Shown here: positions 1 to 9,723 of the stretch, one piece after another
Position numbering within the stretch: the stretch's first letter is position 1
Layout of the letters: every line of letters begins with the position of its first letter
Assembly (NCBI GenBank): GCA_030141605.1
Contig: JAQGDQ010002038.1
Span: 1-17,167 of the forward strand
Source of the DNA: Tubiluchus corallicola
Taxonomy: Eukaryota > Animalia > Priapulida
Direction of reading: 5' to 3'
DNA length: 17,167 nt
Program-made: the position numbers and the translations under genes
The notes under the pieces: model-generated
What the model was told of the DNA's origin: nothing
The model's input: the letters and a program-made list of their open reading frames with translations, nothing else
Databases searched by the model: none

Positions 1-53
1 AATTTTGTTTTGAAGATACGTCCACTTATTAAATCTGACTTTCTCTCACTTAA

Positions 54-304
54 ATTTGATTTGATTTTTGATTTAATGTTTTATTTCAAACTTTACAAAG
101 TTCATATACACACCACAAATTAATACAAATAATACAATAAATCATGACACACAACAATAACACAAATAACAATTAACGATATAACAAACTACGCCAATGA
201 CGTCTAATTACAGAAGAAAAGTTTGCATCACTGTTTAAAATGTTCTTGCATATAGAATTTTCACTCTTATTCAGCCTGACGTGTAAACTGTATGCACATT
301 TTCT
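54..304 (-). mobile_element. 3' remnant of a non-LTR retrotransposon (ORF2 C-terminus, 3' UTR and tail)
   Basis: Minus-strand translation RKCAYSLHVRLNKSENSICKNILNSDANFSSVIRRHWRSLLYR* (173-304) resembles LINE ORF2 C-termini. It is followed on the minus strand by GAAATAAA and a (TCAAA)n-like tail (plus-strand atttgatttgatttttgattt at 54-74). Confidence 0.6.
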
Positions 305-338
305 GTAATAATAATATAATGCAAAATGAATAATATTA

Positions 339-432
339 AGTATAGTATAGTGTAGTGTAGTGTAGTGTAGTGTAGCGTAGCGTAGCGTAGCGTAGCATAG
401 CATAGCATAGCATAGCATAGCATAGTATAGTA
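339..432. repeat. Compound pentanucleotide microsatellite TAGTA/TAGTG/TAGCG/TAGCA/TAGTA
   Basis: Read directly: in-phase TAGYR units arranged in consecutive blocks. Confidence 0.95.
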
Positions 433-670
433 GAGAAATTACTACGTTAAATCAAGTAGTTATTAAATGTTGCCATACCTCATTGGGTTTCAGGGCTTAA
501 CTGGGTCCTCTACAACAAAGACTGTGGGTTTTTTCATCTGCTTACATTTTCATTTCTTTACTTTTCGAATGTAATTGCTGATTCAACCATTTAAATTTTA
601 ATCAAACTCAGTCACAAAAAATTACCCGCCATCTCCCTCCTTCCTCGGTTTTCACGCACATGCACTGTAA

Positions 671-1168
671 AGCTACGACTCCATGTGCGCGTAATGCGTG
701 ATGCGTATTCAGACGATAGCCATCACGTTCGAGTGAATACGCATTATAGATTACGCATTACATACACATGGAAACACTTCCACGTGTTTAAGCATAAACT
801 GTTACATACGTATCACGCACCACGTATTACAGGTTACGCATTACGTACACATGGAAACACTTCCACGTGTTTAAACATAAACTGTTGTATACGTATCACG
901 CATCACGCATTATAGATTACGCATTACGTACACATGGAAACACTCCCACGCGTTTAAACATAAACGGTTATATACGCATCACGTTTTACAGGTTACGCAT
1001 TACGTACACATGGAAACACTTCCACGTGTTTAAACATAAACTGTTATATACGTATCACGCATCACGTTTTACACGTTACGCATTACGTACACATGGAAAC
1101 ACTTCCACGTGTTTAAGCATAAACTGTTGTATACGCATCGCGCATTACGCGCACGTGGAGTCGTACCT
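671..1168. mobile_element. PIF/Harbinger-like MITE with internal ~83-bp tandem repeats
   Basis: Imperfect ~40-bp TIRs: agctacgactccatgtgcgcgtaatgcgtgatgcgtat (from 671) and atacgcatcgcgcattacgcgcacgtggagtcgtacct (to 1168). TAA flanks both sides (668-670, 1169-1171). Five internal units start at 751, 834, 917, 993 and 1076. Confidence 0.8.
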
Positions 1169-1495
1169 TAAGTGTAATTACCGGTTAGTCTACAACAAAC
1201 GTTACGTAACACAAGCACGAACTCTCATAAGTTTAACTTTTATTTGTATTTAATAGCATCTTTCACAACCCGGAGACACACTTTCGTAGCTTCAAAAAAC
1301 ATGAAACTTCAAACATGCCGCCATTGAGGAAGAACAAATGAGCTACCAAATAGAGCACGTTGCATCGTAAATGTCAGACACTGTGTGCAGGGCCATTGAC
1401 ACTTGGACACAGGACGTTTCGCAACAAAACATTTGAACGCAGGAAGTCTTCCGCAAACCGCAGAACAGGAGAAGATGCCGCACTTTACAACTTTC

Positions 1496-1515
1496 GGGGC
1501 GGGGTGGGGTGGGGG
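1496..1515 (+). other. G-quadruplex-forming motif GGGGC GGGGT GGGGT GGGGG
   Basis: Four runs of at least 4 G separated by 1-nt loops. Confidence 0.6.
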
Positions 1516-1703
1516 TTCTTTACTCCCAAAAGTGTCCCTCCAAATGAGGAAAGTCGAGAAAATTCTCTTTACTCTGCTGATAGTTCCCCAATGTGCATGC
1601 CGGCTAGATCTGATCGTGACTCGATTGCTAATTACGAAGCCTTAATACTTTTTTACGAAGCGCATAGAACAAGAACGATAAAAAGTAATTATTTGGTAGA
1701 GTA

Positions 1704-2198
1704 CGAAACCTAGCCACTGGGGGGGGGGGGGCAAGCCAGCCCAACTCAGTTGCCGGTCCCAAGCCCGGATAAATAGGGAGGGTTAGGGTCAGGAAAGGCA
1801 TCCGCCTGTAAAAACTGCGCCAAAACCTTCTATGAATGAGTAGGTGAGACTTAAGGGTGAAGTCCACAACGCTCTAATCTATGGGCTGGAAGCAGCTTCT
1901 CTAAAGAAGACCGAAGAGAAGAAAATGGATGTGGTGGAGATGAGGATGTTGAGATGGATGGAGGGAATAACAAGAAGAGATAAAATTAGGAATAATAATA
2001 TCAGAGGAACAGTAAAAGTAGTGGAAGCCTCGCAAGATTGCGATGGTATGGACACCTGAAAAGAAGAGTCGGTGAAGATCATGTGGGAAGGGAAGAAGGG
2101 AAGACATAAATGAAGAGATGGTCGACAACAGGATTGCGTGGAGAAGACTCATTCACAACGGCGACCCCGCATAGCGAAAAGCTGGAAAGAAGAAGAAG
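1704..2198 (+). mobile_element. Internally deleted (bipartite) RTE/Expander-type retroposon
   Basis: RTE 5'-UTR motif gccggtcccaagcccggataaatagggagggtt...aggaaaggcatccg. Degraded ORF2 C-terminus (LIYGLE...EMRMLRWMEGITRRDKIRN, then a frameshifted RLRWYGH). 3' end ggcgacccc...aaaagctggaaagaagaagaag. Exact 13-bp TSD atttggtagagta at 1691-1703 and 2199-2211. Confidence 0.85.
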
Positions 2199-2469
2199 AT
2201 TTGGTAGAGTATGTACTTGGCATTGTACCTATTGCTAGTGCAAAAAGACGATTTAAATGTATCTACCCTCAACATCAGTGTACAACAAAATAGCTTATGT
2301 TGCTAAATAGTGCCATGTCTCGGGCTAATCCAAATGAAAGCTTGTGTAAACAGCTTATGAATTATCTGTGTATAAATAACCTATACATCTGCTTCAAAAT
2401 TAGCCACACATTAGCCTATTAATCATTACTTATGGTAGGTGAGCTATATGTAATCAAAAATTAGCAAAA

Positions 2470-2845
2470 TGTGTCCAAATTATGTGCTGCTTTTCAAGAT
2501 GACTTATGTATGTCCAAGTACCATTTTGGACGTTATTATGCGTGTCAAAACAAGTTATACGTTAAAATGACCAGTGTCCAAATTGCCTATGTACCTAACT
2601 CGCCTATTGGGTCCAAAATACCTCGTGTTGAAACGACTTCATGTCCCGATAACATTTGATGTCCAAATTGGTTATGACTTCAAATATCCTGTGTGCAAAA
2701 GACCTAGTGGCTAGTGTTTGAATTGCTTATTGTCCCAATAACCTTTATGTCCAAACTATCGTGTCCCAATGTGACCAAATCACCTACGTGCCTACTACAA
2801 CACCTATATAGTGTCTAAATGTCCTGTACGTGCCCGAAACACTTA
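2470..2845. repeat. Degenerate short-period (~15-20 bp) tandem array of the tgtccaaat(g)acct type
   Basis: Recurrent gtgtccaaat, tgtcccaat and gtgtctaaat motifs; the same motif resumes at about 3210-3270. Confidence 0.55.
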
Positions 2846-2867
2846 TTGTATATATATATATATATAT

Positions 2868-3205
2868 AGGCTACAGCTCCGACGAGGCCACCATTTGCGG
2901 CGATCTATACATCAAACGAAAGGTCTCGATCTAGTATCGTGCCACTGGGGGTTTGTTTTTCGAATCGGGCCCACCGCGAGGAACGGGGGGCGAAAAACCT
3001 CCAAAAATGACCATTTTTCGGCCGTTTTTTGCAAAAGCTATACGCCTGAGATCTGGAGAACGGGAACAGGCCATGGCCGGTGCTGGCTATGGATAGATAG
3101 CCCGTTCAGCGGTAGGTGTAGCAGGCATATTTAGTATTCGCGAGAGGGCCACGGCGTCCCGTAACGGGCGTTTTCCCGCACCCAACTCGCGATTTTTTCG
3201 AAATT
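2868..3205. mobile_element. GC-rich fragment of a probable non-autonomous DNA transposon, next to (TA)n
   Basis: Abrupt shift to GC/CpG-rich sequence right after (TA)n. Contains tatacatcaaacgaaaggtctcga, a motif type common in invertebrate non-autonomous DNA elements. No matching TIR pair was found. Confidence 0.4.
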
Positions 3206-3375
3206 TATGGTCAAATGATCTAAGTGTCTAAAATGTTCTATGACCAAAAGTGTATGTGTCCAAAATGTTATATCTCGAAATCGCCTGTATGTAAACACAT
3301 GTACCCAAAAACCTTATAGCTGTCAGAGGCGTATTCTAATGCAATGCGAAATGCAGCTTTATCTGCAAAAAGGAA

Positions 3376-3920
3376 ACATACGGATGCGAAGTTGGGGGTA
3401 TAGCAAACAATGAAGTTAATGCAATTAGGGTAAAATGGAACACTGCTTATAGAAAAATATTCGGTTTTAGACAAAATGAAAGCGTGAAAACAGTTAATGT
3501 ATTTTTGTGGGACAATGCCTGCGAATTATTTAATAGATAATCGAAAATTAAACTTTGTGAGAAAAATCGTAAACTCTTGCACATTGAGAATTCCAAAGCT
3601 ATGCTACTATATAAATAACAGTCAAGTAAATTTAAGATTTAAATATGGTTGTACTGTAGATGTAAACGAAAATGTAAAATTAAAGGTTAAGAACTCATTT
3701 AAAGATTATATTTTAAGATACCTATTATAGCTTCTTACAAAATTGTATAATGTAATACAATTACAAGGGAACTACAATGTGTGGTTATTATAAAGTTGAA
3801 TGTCTGTAGATATGTTACTTTACTAATATCGCATTACCTGTTTTACTAACATCTTTATCTTTGTAAACTGTATATTTTTATACAAAATAAACTCATAATA
3901 ATAATAATAATAATAATAAT
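3376..3920 (+). mobile_element. Degraded LINE 3' end (post-RT region, UTR, (AAT)n tail)
   Basis: TYGCEVG...IRVKWNTAYRKIFGFRQNESVK, a frameshift, then LMYFCGTMPANYLIDNRKLNF resembles the LINE ORF2 region after the RT domain. Stop at 3730, AATAAA near 3886, then (AAT)n at about 3896-3920. Confidence 0.7.
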
Positions 3921-4382
3921 TTTGCGTGTCTGTCTTTGTCTTAACGATTGAGCGAATCAAAAAAAATCGTGTATAGAGTGGAAATTATTTTTTACTGTTG
4001 GTATAATGGTGGTGTTTCACAAAATTTCGAGAACAATTTCAAAATGGCAGTGCTGCAAGTTTGCATCTTATAACCTTTTCTCGTGTCTAGTCGCGAATTA
4101 CCAAACATGACCAATACGTACAGTGACATCTGCGACCCATCAACTTTAGATTTATCATGATACATAGACGTTTGACATGAAACTTATTATCTCAGTGAAT
4201 ATCAATGTTACTCTGTAAGTAGGAAATACGGTTGAAATTATACAACTATCACAGGACGCCACCTGCATAACAAATACGCGCCCCAGGTTACGTTACTGTT
4301 AGCATTAAAGCGCTTATTGCCGATTTTTACAAAAACGGAAAATTTTTCATTTAAATACGATCTGAAAATTGAAAATAATCGC

Positions 4383-4396
4383 ATGATGATGATGAC

Positions 4397-4482
<86 letters not shown>

Positions 4483-4563
4483 AAACAACAACAACAACAA
4501 CAACAGCAACAACAATGAGAATAATTAATATATTAGTAGTAATAGCAATAATAATAATAATAG
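4383..4563. repeat. Compound trinucleotide microsatellite (ATG)n(CAA)n(CTA)n(CAA)n...(ATA)n
   Basis: Read directly; it explains the poly-Q/L/T and poly-S/C/V ORFs. Confidence 0.95.
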
Positions 4564-4744
4564 TAATTACGCCACTACACTGCCTGTATACCATTTGCTG
4601 CTTCTTAGGCCTCTTTACAGAGGTTACTGAGGTCTAAGCTTGTTTTTTTCCTTTTGACAATTGTCCATTTATTGTCAGTTTTCTCAACTATATTCTCAAA
4701 AGTGTAAATAATAACGGCGAAATAATTATACTTTATTTTGAACG

Positions 4745-5010
4745 CAATATATATTAAAACTTATATAGAAACGGCTTATAATAAAGCTTATATTAAAGTA
4801 TACATAGGTATGTACAAAAAAAGCTTATATCAAAAAGGCTTATAATAAAGCTCAAATAAATCGTATAATATAGCTCATATAATCTTTAACAAATCCAGCT
4901 AATTGGCTAATTATGGCTCTAAACAAAGAACCTCCTAGACAATAGGCTTATAAAAAATACTTATATTAAAAAGGCTTATAATAAAGCTCATATAAATAGT
5001 TTTATAGTGA
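4745..5010. repeat. Degenerate ~15-bp AT-rich tandem repeat (gcttata/aataaa units)
   Basis: Repeated gcttatat and gcttataataaa motifs; a ~30-bp block aaaaaggcttataataaagctca recurs near 4832 and 4968. Confidence 0.6.
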
Positions 5011-5102
5011 AATAGCACTGTAAACAGGAATAATTTAATACTAATAAATAAATCACTATAGATCTTCATCTGCTTCATCTTCTCAACTGTATAAAGGTCC
5101 AA

Positions 5103-6296
5103 TCAAGTTTCTCTGCAAGAGTAATTAAACATGTTCATGTCATTCTCATATCTTTGGCACAGTCGGTTAATGATCGAAGGCGTAATGCCGTCAAAATATC
5201 GCCAAAATGAGGGCCATGTTACCCTCTCGTGTGGCTTGTCCGATTCGGTTTTCTCAGCGAACCTTACAGAATTACTAATGTTTAACGAATCCAGCACGTA
5301 TTCTGCGTCATCCTGTATTGTTTCATATCTTCCTACAAAGTCATAGTTTACCCTGCATGGATTGCAGAGTTCTTCAACAGAAACCCAATGTTCATTCATT
5401 AAAGATGGCCTTCTGGTTAAAGTTGATTCTGGATGCAACAGAAACTCTAAAAACTCTGGAAACGTTTGACCAGATATCGTCCGTCCGTAATCTCTTGCCA
5501 TTTCTCGTTTGTATTTGCGTATTGCTAACTTGTAGAAAGGAAGTGCATATGCAGACTGAACTTTGTCGCGAAATGCTGAAACCACGCGGTCGAAAGGATG
5601 TCGTACAAATAAGACTTTGTAGTAGTTCTGCAACATGTGCGCCCTCTGCGCAGGAGAATACTGAACTAATTTGGAAGAGATTCCAGCACCATGTGCCTCT
5701 CTTTGCCTAATATCCATCACGTCGCCAATGGACTCGTTTTTTAGTACACCAAATACTCGCTTCCAGTTGGTGGCAGCGATTTTGGGAACAAAGCAAAATA
5801 TAAATTTATGTTCCTCATTGACTAATAAGTGCTGCAGTTGTCTTTTAGTAAGCACCCAAAGATCTTGACTTGAACCTCTTTTGCAGTATTCCAATACTTG
5901 TTTCTTTCTCTGTTCATACACCTTATTTACGTTGATGTTATTCTGTATTAATTTTGAACTTATGTTTAACAAAAAGTTGGGAACAACGGAGTTTCCAATA
6001 ATTGAACTCTCGTGATCATTGATTTTTTGCTCATGCAGTTCATTATTTTGCTTACCTACAATTAGCTGCGACTTCTCAATCTCTTGTGATTGTGCAAACT
6101 GACGTTTACCTTTATCCAATGCAACTTCAGAATTCTTTGCCTCTTGTCTATTTTCAAACTTTTCTGTTTGGTTAGAAACTTTACTCTGCACAATAATTTC
6201 GTCCTGAAACGGCATCGTTTTCGCCGATATTGAATCTTCGTTGGACGATCTCAACACGCAAACCACGAAAGTGAAAATGATGCACAGCTTACACAT
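5103..6296 (-). CDS. Golgi carbohydrate sulfotransferase (HNK-1ST/CHST11-14 family, Sulfotransfer_2 domain), CHST14/D4ST1-like, 397 aa
   Basis: Intact ORF with an N-terminal hydrophobic anchor (MCKLCIIFTFVVCVL) and a polar stem. 5'-PSB FCFVPKIAATNWKRV, 3'-PB LFVRHPFDRVVSAFRDK, MNEHW...CNPCRVNYDFVGRYET and C-terminal YENDMNMFNY. First ATG (gccATG) is at 6296; the ORF-track start at 6377 is a TTG inside a polypyrimidine tract. Confidence 0.92.
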   Translation of the reverse strand: MCKLCIIFTFVVCVLRSSNEDSISAKTMPFQDEIIVQSKVSNQTEKFENRQEAKNSEVALDKGKRQFAQSQEIEKSQLIVGKQNNELHEQKINDHESSIIGNSVVPNFLLNISSKLIQNNINVNKVYEQRKKQVLEYCKRGSSQDLWVLTKRQLQHLLVNEEHKFIFCFVPKIAATNWKRVFGVLKNESIGDVMDIRQREAHGAGISSKLVQYSPAQRAHMLQNYYKVLFVRHPFDRVVSAFRDKVQSAYALPFYKLAIRKYKREMARDYGRTISGQTFPEFLEFLLHPESTLTRRPSLMNEHWVSVEELCNPCRVNYDFVGRYETIQDDAEYVLDSLNISNSVRFAEKTESDKPHERVTWPSFWRYFDGITPSIINRLCQRYENDMNMFNYSCRET

Positions 6297-6355
6297 GGCA
6301 CACAGTACGTCAACTTTTTTAAAACTGTTGCTCGCTATGCTGAAACGGCAGCGAT

Positions 6356-6410
6356 CTGAAATACGTCGAAAACGCAAAAAAGAAAAGAAGCTTAGAAATA
6401 AAAGAAAGTA
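6356..6410 (-). promoter_or_regulatory. Probable 3' splice acceptor upstream of the sulfotransferase coding exon
   Basis: Minus strand reads ttctttttctttttgcgttttcgacgtatttcAG|atcgc: a polypyrimidine tract plus CAG, about 60 nt before the ATG. Confidence 0.6.
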
Positions 6411-6607
6411 CAGTAATGCAATAATTATGACAACCTAATTAACCATACGCTTAAGACAACTTACAGAGCCCTGTGAATTACCATGATTGCTTAACCTAAT
6501 AGTCTTTTGGGTAAAAATAGTTTTACTTGCCCATTATACGTCACTGTAGTTCTACATTTTACACTACTCACAAACAATACTAGCAAAAACTTGAAAATCA
6601 AAAATCT

Positions 6608-7094
6608 CACCCATAGGCAATATTCTTTCTTGCTTACTGATCCGCAAACTACTAGTGTTAGATGCGAGTGTGTCATATTCTGGCCTGGGCTTGGCATGAA
6701 CATATTTTAACTTTTAATTCACATTAACTGATTTTCACGCACTAATACTCATTCTTAGACTGGCTATACCAGGGGTGTGCAAATTATCTGACTAGCCGGG
6801 CCACATTAAACTTTTCCGCAATTCCTGCGGGCCACAGGCAGTTTGATCAAGGAGCCAAATACAGAAAGGCCTAATAATGATTTTTTTTGCATCCGACCTG
6901 CGTACATCATTGCTACTACACTCAATAAACTATTTTAGAAGTTATTAAAATTTATATTACAAACCATATATTTCTACTTTCAGGACAGATAGTGGTAATT
7001 TCATTACAATGCATATTAGTAATGTGTATCACACAGTCTGTGTAGTACAGTGACATTAAGCCACAACCGTCTTGTAAGGGTTAATGGCATCCGA
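6608..7094 (+). repeat. First copy of a direct segmental duplication (second copy 16682-17167, which runs off the window)
   Basis: Colinear match from cacccataggcaatattc to ttaatggcatccga; about 10 differences in 486 bp by manual count. Confidence 0.97.
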
Positions 7095-7270
7095 TCTAGT
7101 AGAAAAAACTACCCGCACTATCTTTGGGATCGTGGCACGGACTTCAGCTGGATACACTCAATTAATCGCCCGGGCCGCACTTTCATTAGGTTGACAAATC
7201 TTTTTGCGGGCAGCACAAATTCTCTCGGCGGCCCGCAAGTGGCCCGCAGGCCGCAATTTGCACACCCCTG
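6770..7270. mobile_element. hAT/Charlie-type MITE (501 bp)
   Basis: Perfect 16-bp TIRs caggggtgtgcaaatt / aatttgcacacccctg. 8-bp TSD ggctatac / ggctatgc (7 of 8) with central TA. Subterminal gcgggcc / ggcccgc motifs. Confidence 0.9.
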
Positions 7271-7732
7271 GGCTATGCTGTTCTTGTGCACTAATTTCTA
7301 AACCAAGTATTTGTCTGGTGAGGGCGTGACGGTAAACATGCTACTCACAGTAAAAATGGCTATTCACACGCATGAAACTGGTTCATTGAAAAGTATTCAG
7401 ACGTGTTAATTTCTTCGCTAAACTGGAAACCTTTATTGATGCTGTGCTAGTTGTCGATTGATCACGGTGAAGCCATTTCAATGAAGTCCCGGTGGATGAA
7501 CTTGCTTTTAAACCAAGGTTAATGCTGCTTTATGAATCAAAGATATGAAATAAAATTGGCTGATCCATTCCCATGACAAGTTGATTATTTTTCGTTTTGC
7601 TTCTGACACTCATATTTTAACAACCATTGCGTCAAAAACAGAAAATAAGTCCAGGACAAAGAATTTTAAAAAACGATAGGACTCAATGTGCGCGTGATGT
7701 GCGATCTGTACGCGTGAAATACATTGACTGTC

Positions 7733-7850
7733 ACCATGTGCCAAATCACGTTGAAAATACCGGTTCTCGTCTGATCACCGAAGTTAAGCAACGTAGAGCC
7801 TGGTTAGTACTTGGATGGGTGGCCGGCTAGGAATACCAGGTGTTGTATAC
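7733..7850 (+). pseudogene. 5S rRNA-derived sequence (head of a SINE)
   Basis: gccaaatcacgttgaaaataccggttctcgtctgatcaccgaagttaagcaacgtagagcctggttagtacttggatgggtggccggctaggaataccaggtgttgta matches metazoan 5S rRNA, including box A and box C. The 5' end is degraded and there is no oligo-T terminator. Confidence 0.9.
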
Positions 7851-8255
7851 CACCTTCAACGGCTAGAGGGTGGAGGAGGTCAAGTGACCCAACGGCCATG
7901 TGTAGAGGAGTAAACCTTCCAAATTAGGAGTGGAGCCCCAAAGGCGGACCAGTGCAGCATGCCCCGAAGGCGGACCAGTGCAGCATGCTCACTGACTCCG
8001 GCAGCTCCTGCAGCCAACCTGGTGCCAAACGTATCGCTCCGCTTTCCTTTGGACTACACCAGCGAGGAAGAGAGGGGGTTCCTGCGGTCTGGGCAACCCA
8101 GGATCTCTATACACCTTGCCCAGGCGTGCGCCCTGGAGACGTTCAAGGATCAGACTGCTCAGTCACAGTCGACCCTGCAGCTCCATCAATGTGATCAATA
8201 ACTGACTCTCTTGGCGCACATTCCATTGTCTTCCGAGACAGAAGGATGCCAACAA
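7733..8255 (+). mobile_element. 5S-rRNA-headed SINE (SINE3 type), copy 1, with RTE-like body and tail
   Basis: 5S head joined to a ~390-bp body shared with 9852-10163, ending ccattgtcttccgagacagaaggatgcc-aacaa. Internal 26-bp tandem duplication at 7936-7987. Confidence 0.8.
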
Positions 8256-8359
8256 TAGACTGCATATCAAAATTATTATTTTTCATTTTTAGAGCATTAC
8301 ACATGTTTGACGTCCAGTAATTCCCTGGCTGTTTAATGTTCGCTTAGCTCCTAGCGGTG

Positions 8360-8660
8360 GATAATAATAAACACTTTATTTCACAAACATAAACACAAGT
8401 ACAAATTAACAATCAACATACATAAATAAAGAACTTATACAGGAACACATCCCAACAAATATAGGGCTCTTTTAAGCGAAGCAAAATTTCTTAGCAAAAT
8501 TAGTTCGTACCTCTTAATTCAGAATCAGGTCTGGCTGAAATTTTATGCACATAGTTAATCAAAAATTTCTTAACTTCCACATCTCCACTTTTGATTAAAA
8601 ACATAAACTTATCAATATCATATATGGATGGGAAATGTAGAAAAATATCTGACATTTGAT
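8360..8660 (-). mobile_element. Possible LINE 3' remnant (RTEX-like C-terminus)
   Basis: Minus-strand FPSIYDIDKFMFLIKSGDVEVKKFLINYVHKISAR...* followed by an AT-rich UTR, AATAAA and (TTA)n. Confidence 0.4.
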
Positions 8661-9723
8661 TTAAAGGAAGACAGGATGATTATTCATTTACTACCCCATT
8701 TTGAAGTCCAATAAAAAAGTATACATTTTAACACAGTTAATACTGCAAAAGCGTTTCTGATAATTAAATAATAGATTAAAAACTTAATTAATAGTGGACA
8801 GGCCCAACTATTGATGACATCACAAACTAACATAATTTTCAACAGCAAAAAACTCTACGGGCGTGTTGAAAGCGAAAATTGAAGTACAGTGCTAGTGTAA
8901 GATATACAGTGTGTTGTACTAAAACTAGGCAAGTTTCAAGATAAAAATTCAAATTTCAAATTTACCGCTGTGCTTGCGCATGAGCTGTCGAACGTATCTA
9001 TTTCACCATAAACTAACACATCTGAACTGAGAGGTACAGCACCTGTTTTTGTGCAATGTGTCTCCGAAATGCAAGTGCTAGTGCCCGTCTAACTAGGTAA
9101 TGGCGAAATGTATGTAATAGCGAAGGACTAGTGGCGCGAACGCGAAATTGTGTTTGTGTGGTAATAATTCTTTCACGTAAATCATTTTTGAAAAAATGGT
9201 GTGTTCCCTTTCAATATTTTAAAGAGTAGATTGTTTTGACGTACAGTTAAGTTTAAGGTTTTGCTTTAAGAACGCAGTGCATTGTATAATATATTCATAG
9301 ACATAATCACTAAGAAAGATACTGCAGGATATTATATATTCTTCAATTTACGATATTGCTAAGGTCTCGGCGCTGACGTGTCATGCAACAAATTCTTGTC
9401 TCTAATCCTAGAATGGGAGCAAATTAATGGCGTGAGTTGATTCCCTAGCTGCAGCTAAAATTAGAGGAATAAATCAGACCTTGTCACCATAAACAAGCGA
9501 GTTCTGTCATTAACGTACTGACGCAGGTGCGCTTCTGTTCCCACAACGGCCTTTTTATTGTACTGGTTTCATTTTACAGAAATCGCCACTTGCCCTATTT
9601 CCTGTCTATACCCACTAGAAAACACCTAGAGGCATAAATGAAAGGTCAACGATAAAACTTACGATGATGGTATATCAGATATATATAAAAAATAATCCTA
9701 GAACACAGCCTAGAATCCTAGAT

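Noticed and set aside
685-1253. His/Tyr/Arg-rich repetitive ORFs
   Set aside because: They are translations of the 83-bp repeats inside the MITE.
4238-4637. Homopolymer-rich ORFs on both strands
   Set aside because: They are translations of a compound trinucleotide microsatellite.
5131-5868. Plus-strand ORFs overlapping the sulfotransferase
   Set aside because: Antisense shadow frames with no recognisable motifs.
6297-6377. N-terminal extension of the sulfotransferase from the ORF-track start
   Set aside because: The start is a TTG inside an intron-like polypyrimidine tract. An upstream coding exon spliced at 6355 cannot be excluded.
7733-7850. Functional 5S rRNA gene
   Set aside because: The 5' strand of helix I is degraded, there is no oligo-T terminator, and it is fused to a SINE body.
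8907-9617. Tc1/mariner-like MITE (ta|cagtg...ggcaagt / acttgcc...cact)
   Set aside because: The terminal match is short and gapped, and the right-hand TA TSD is absent.
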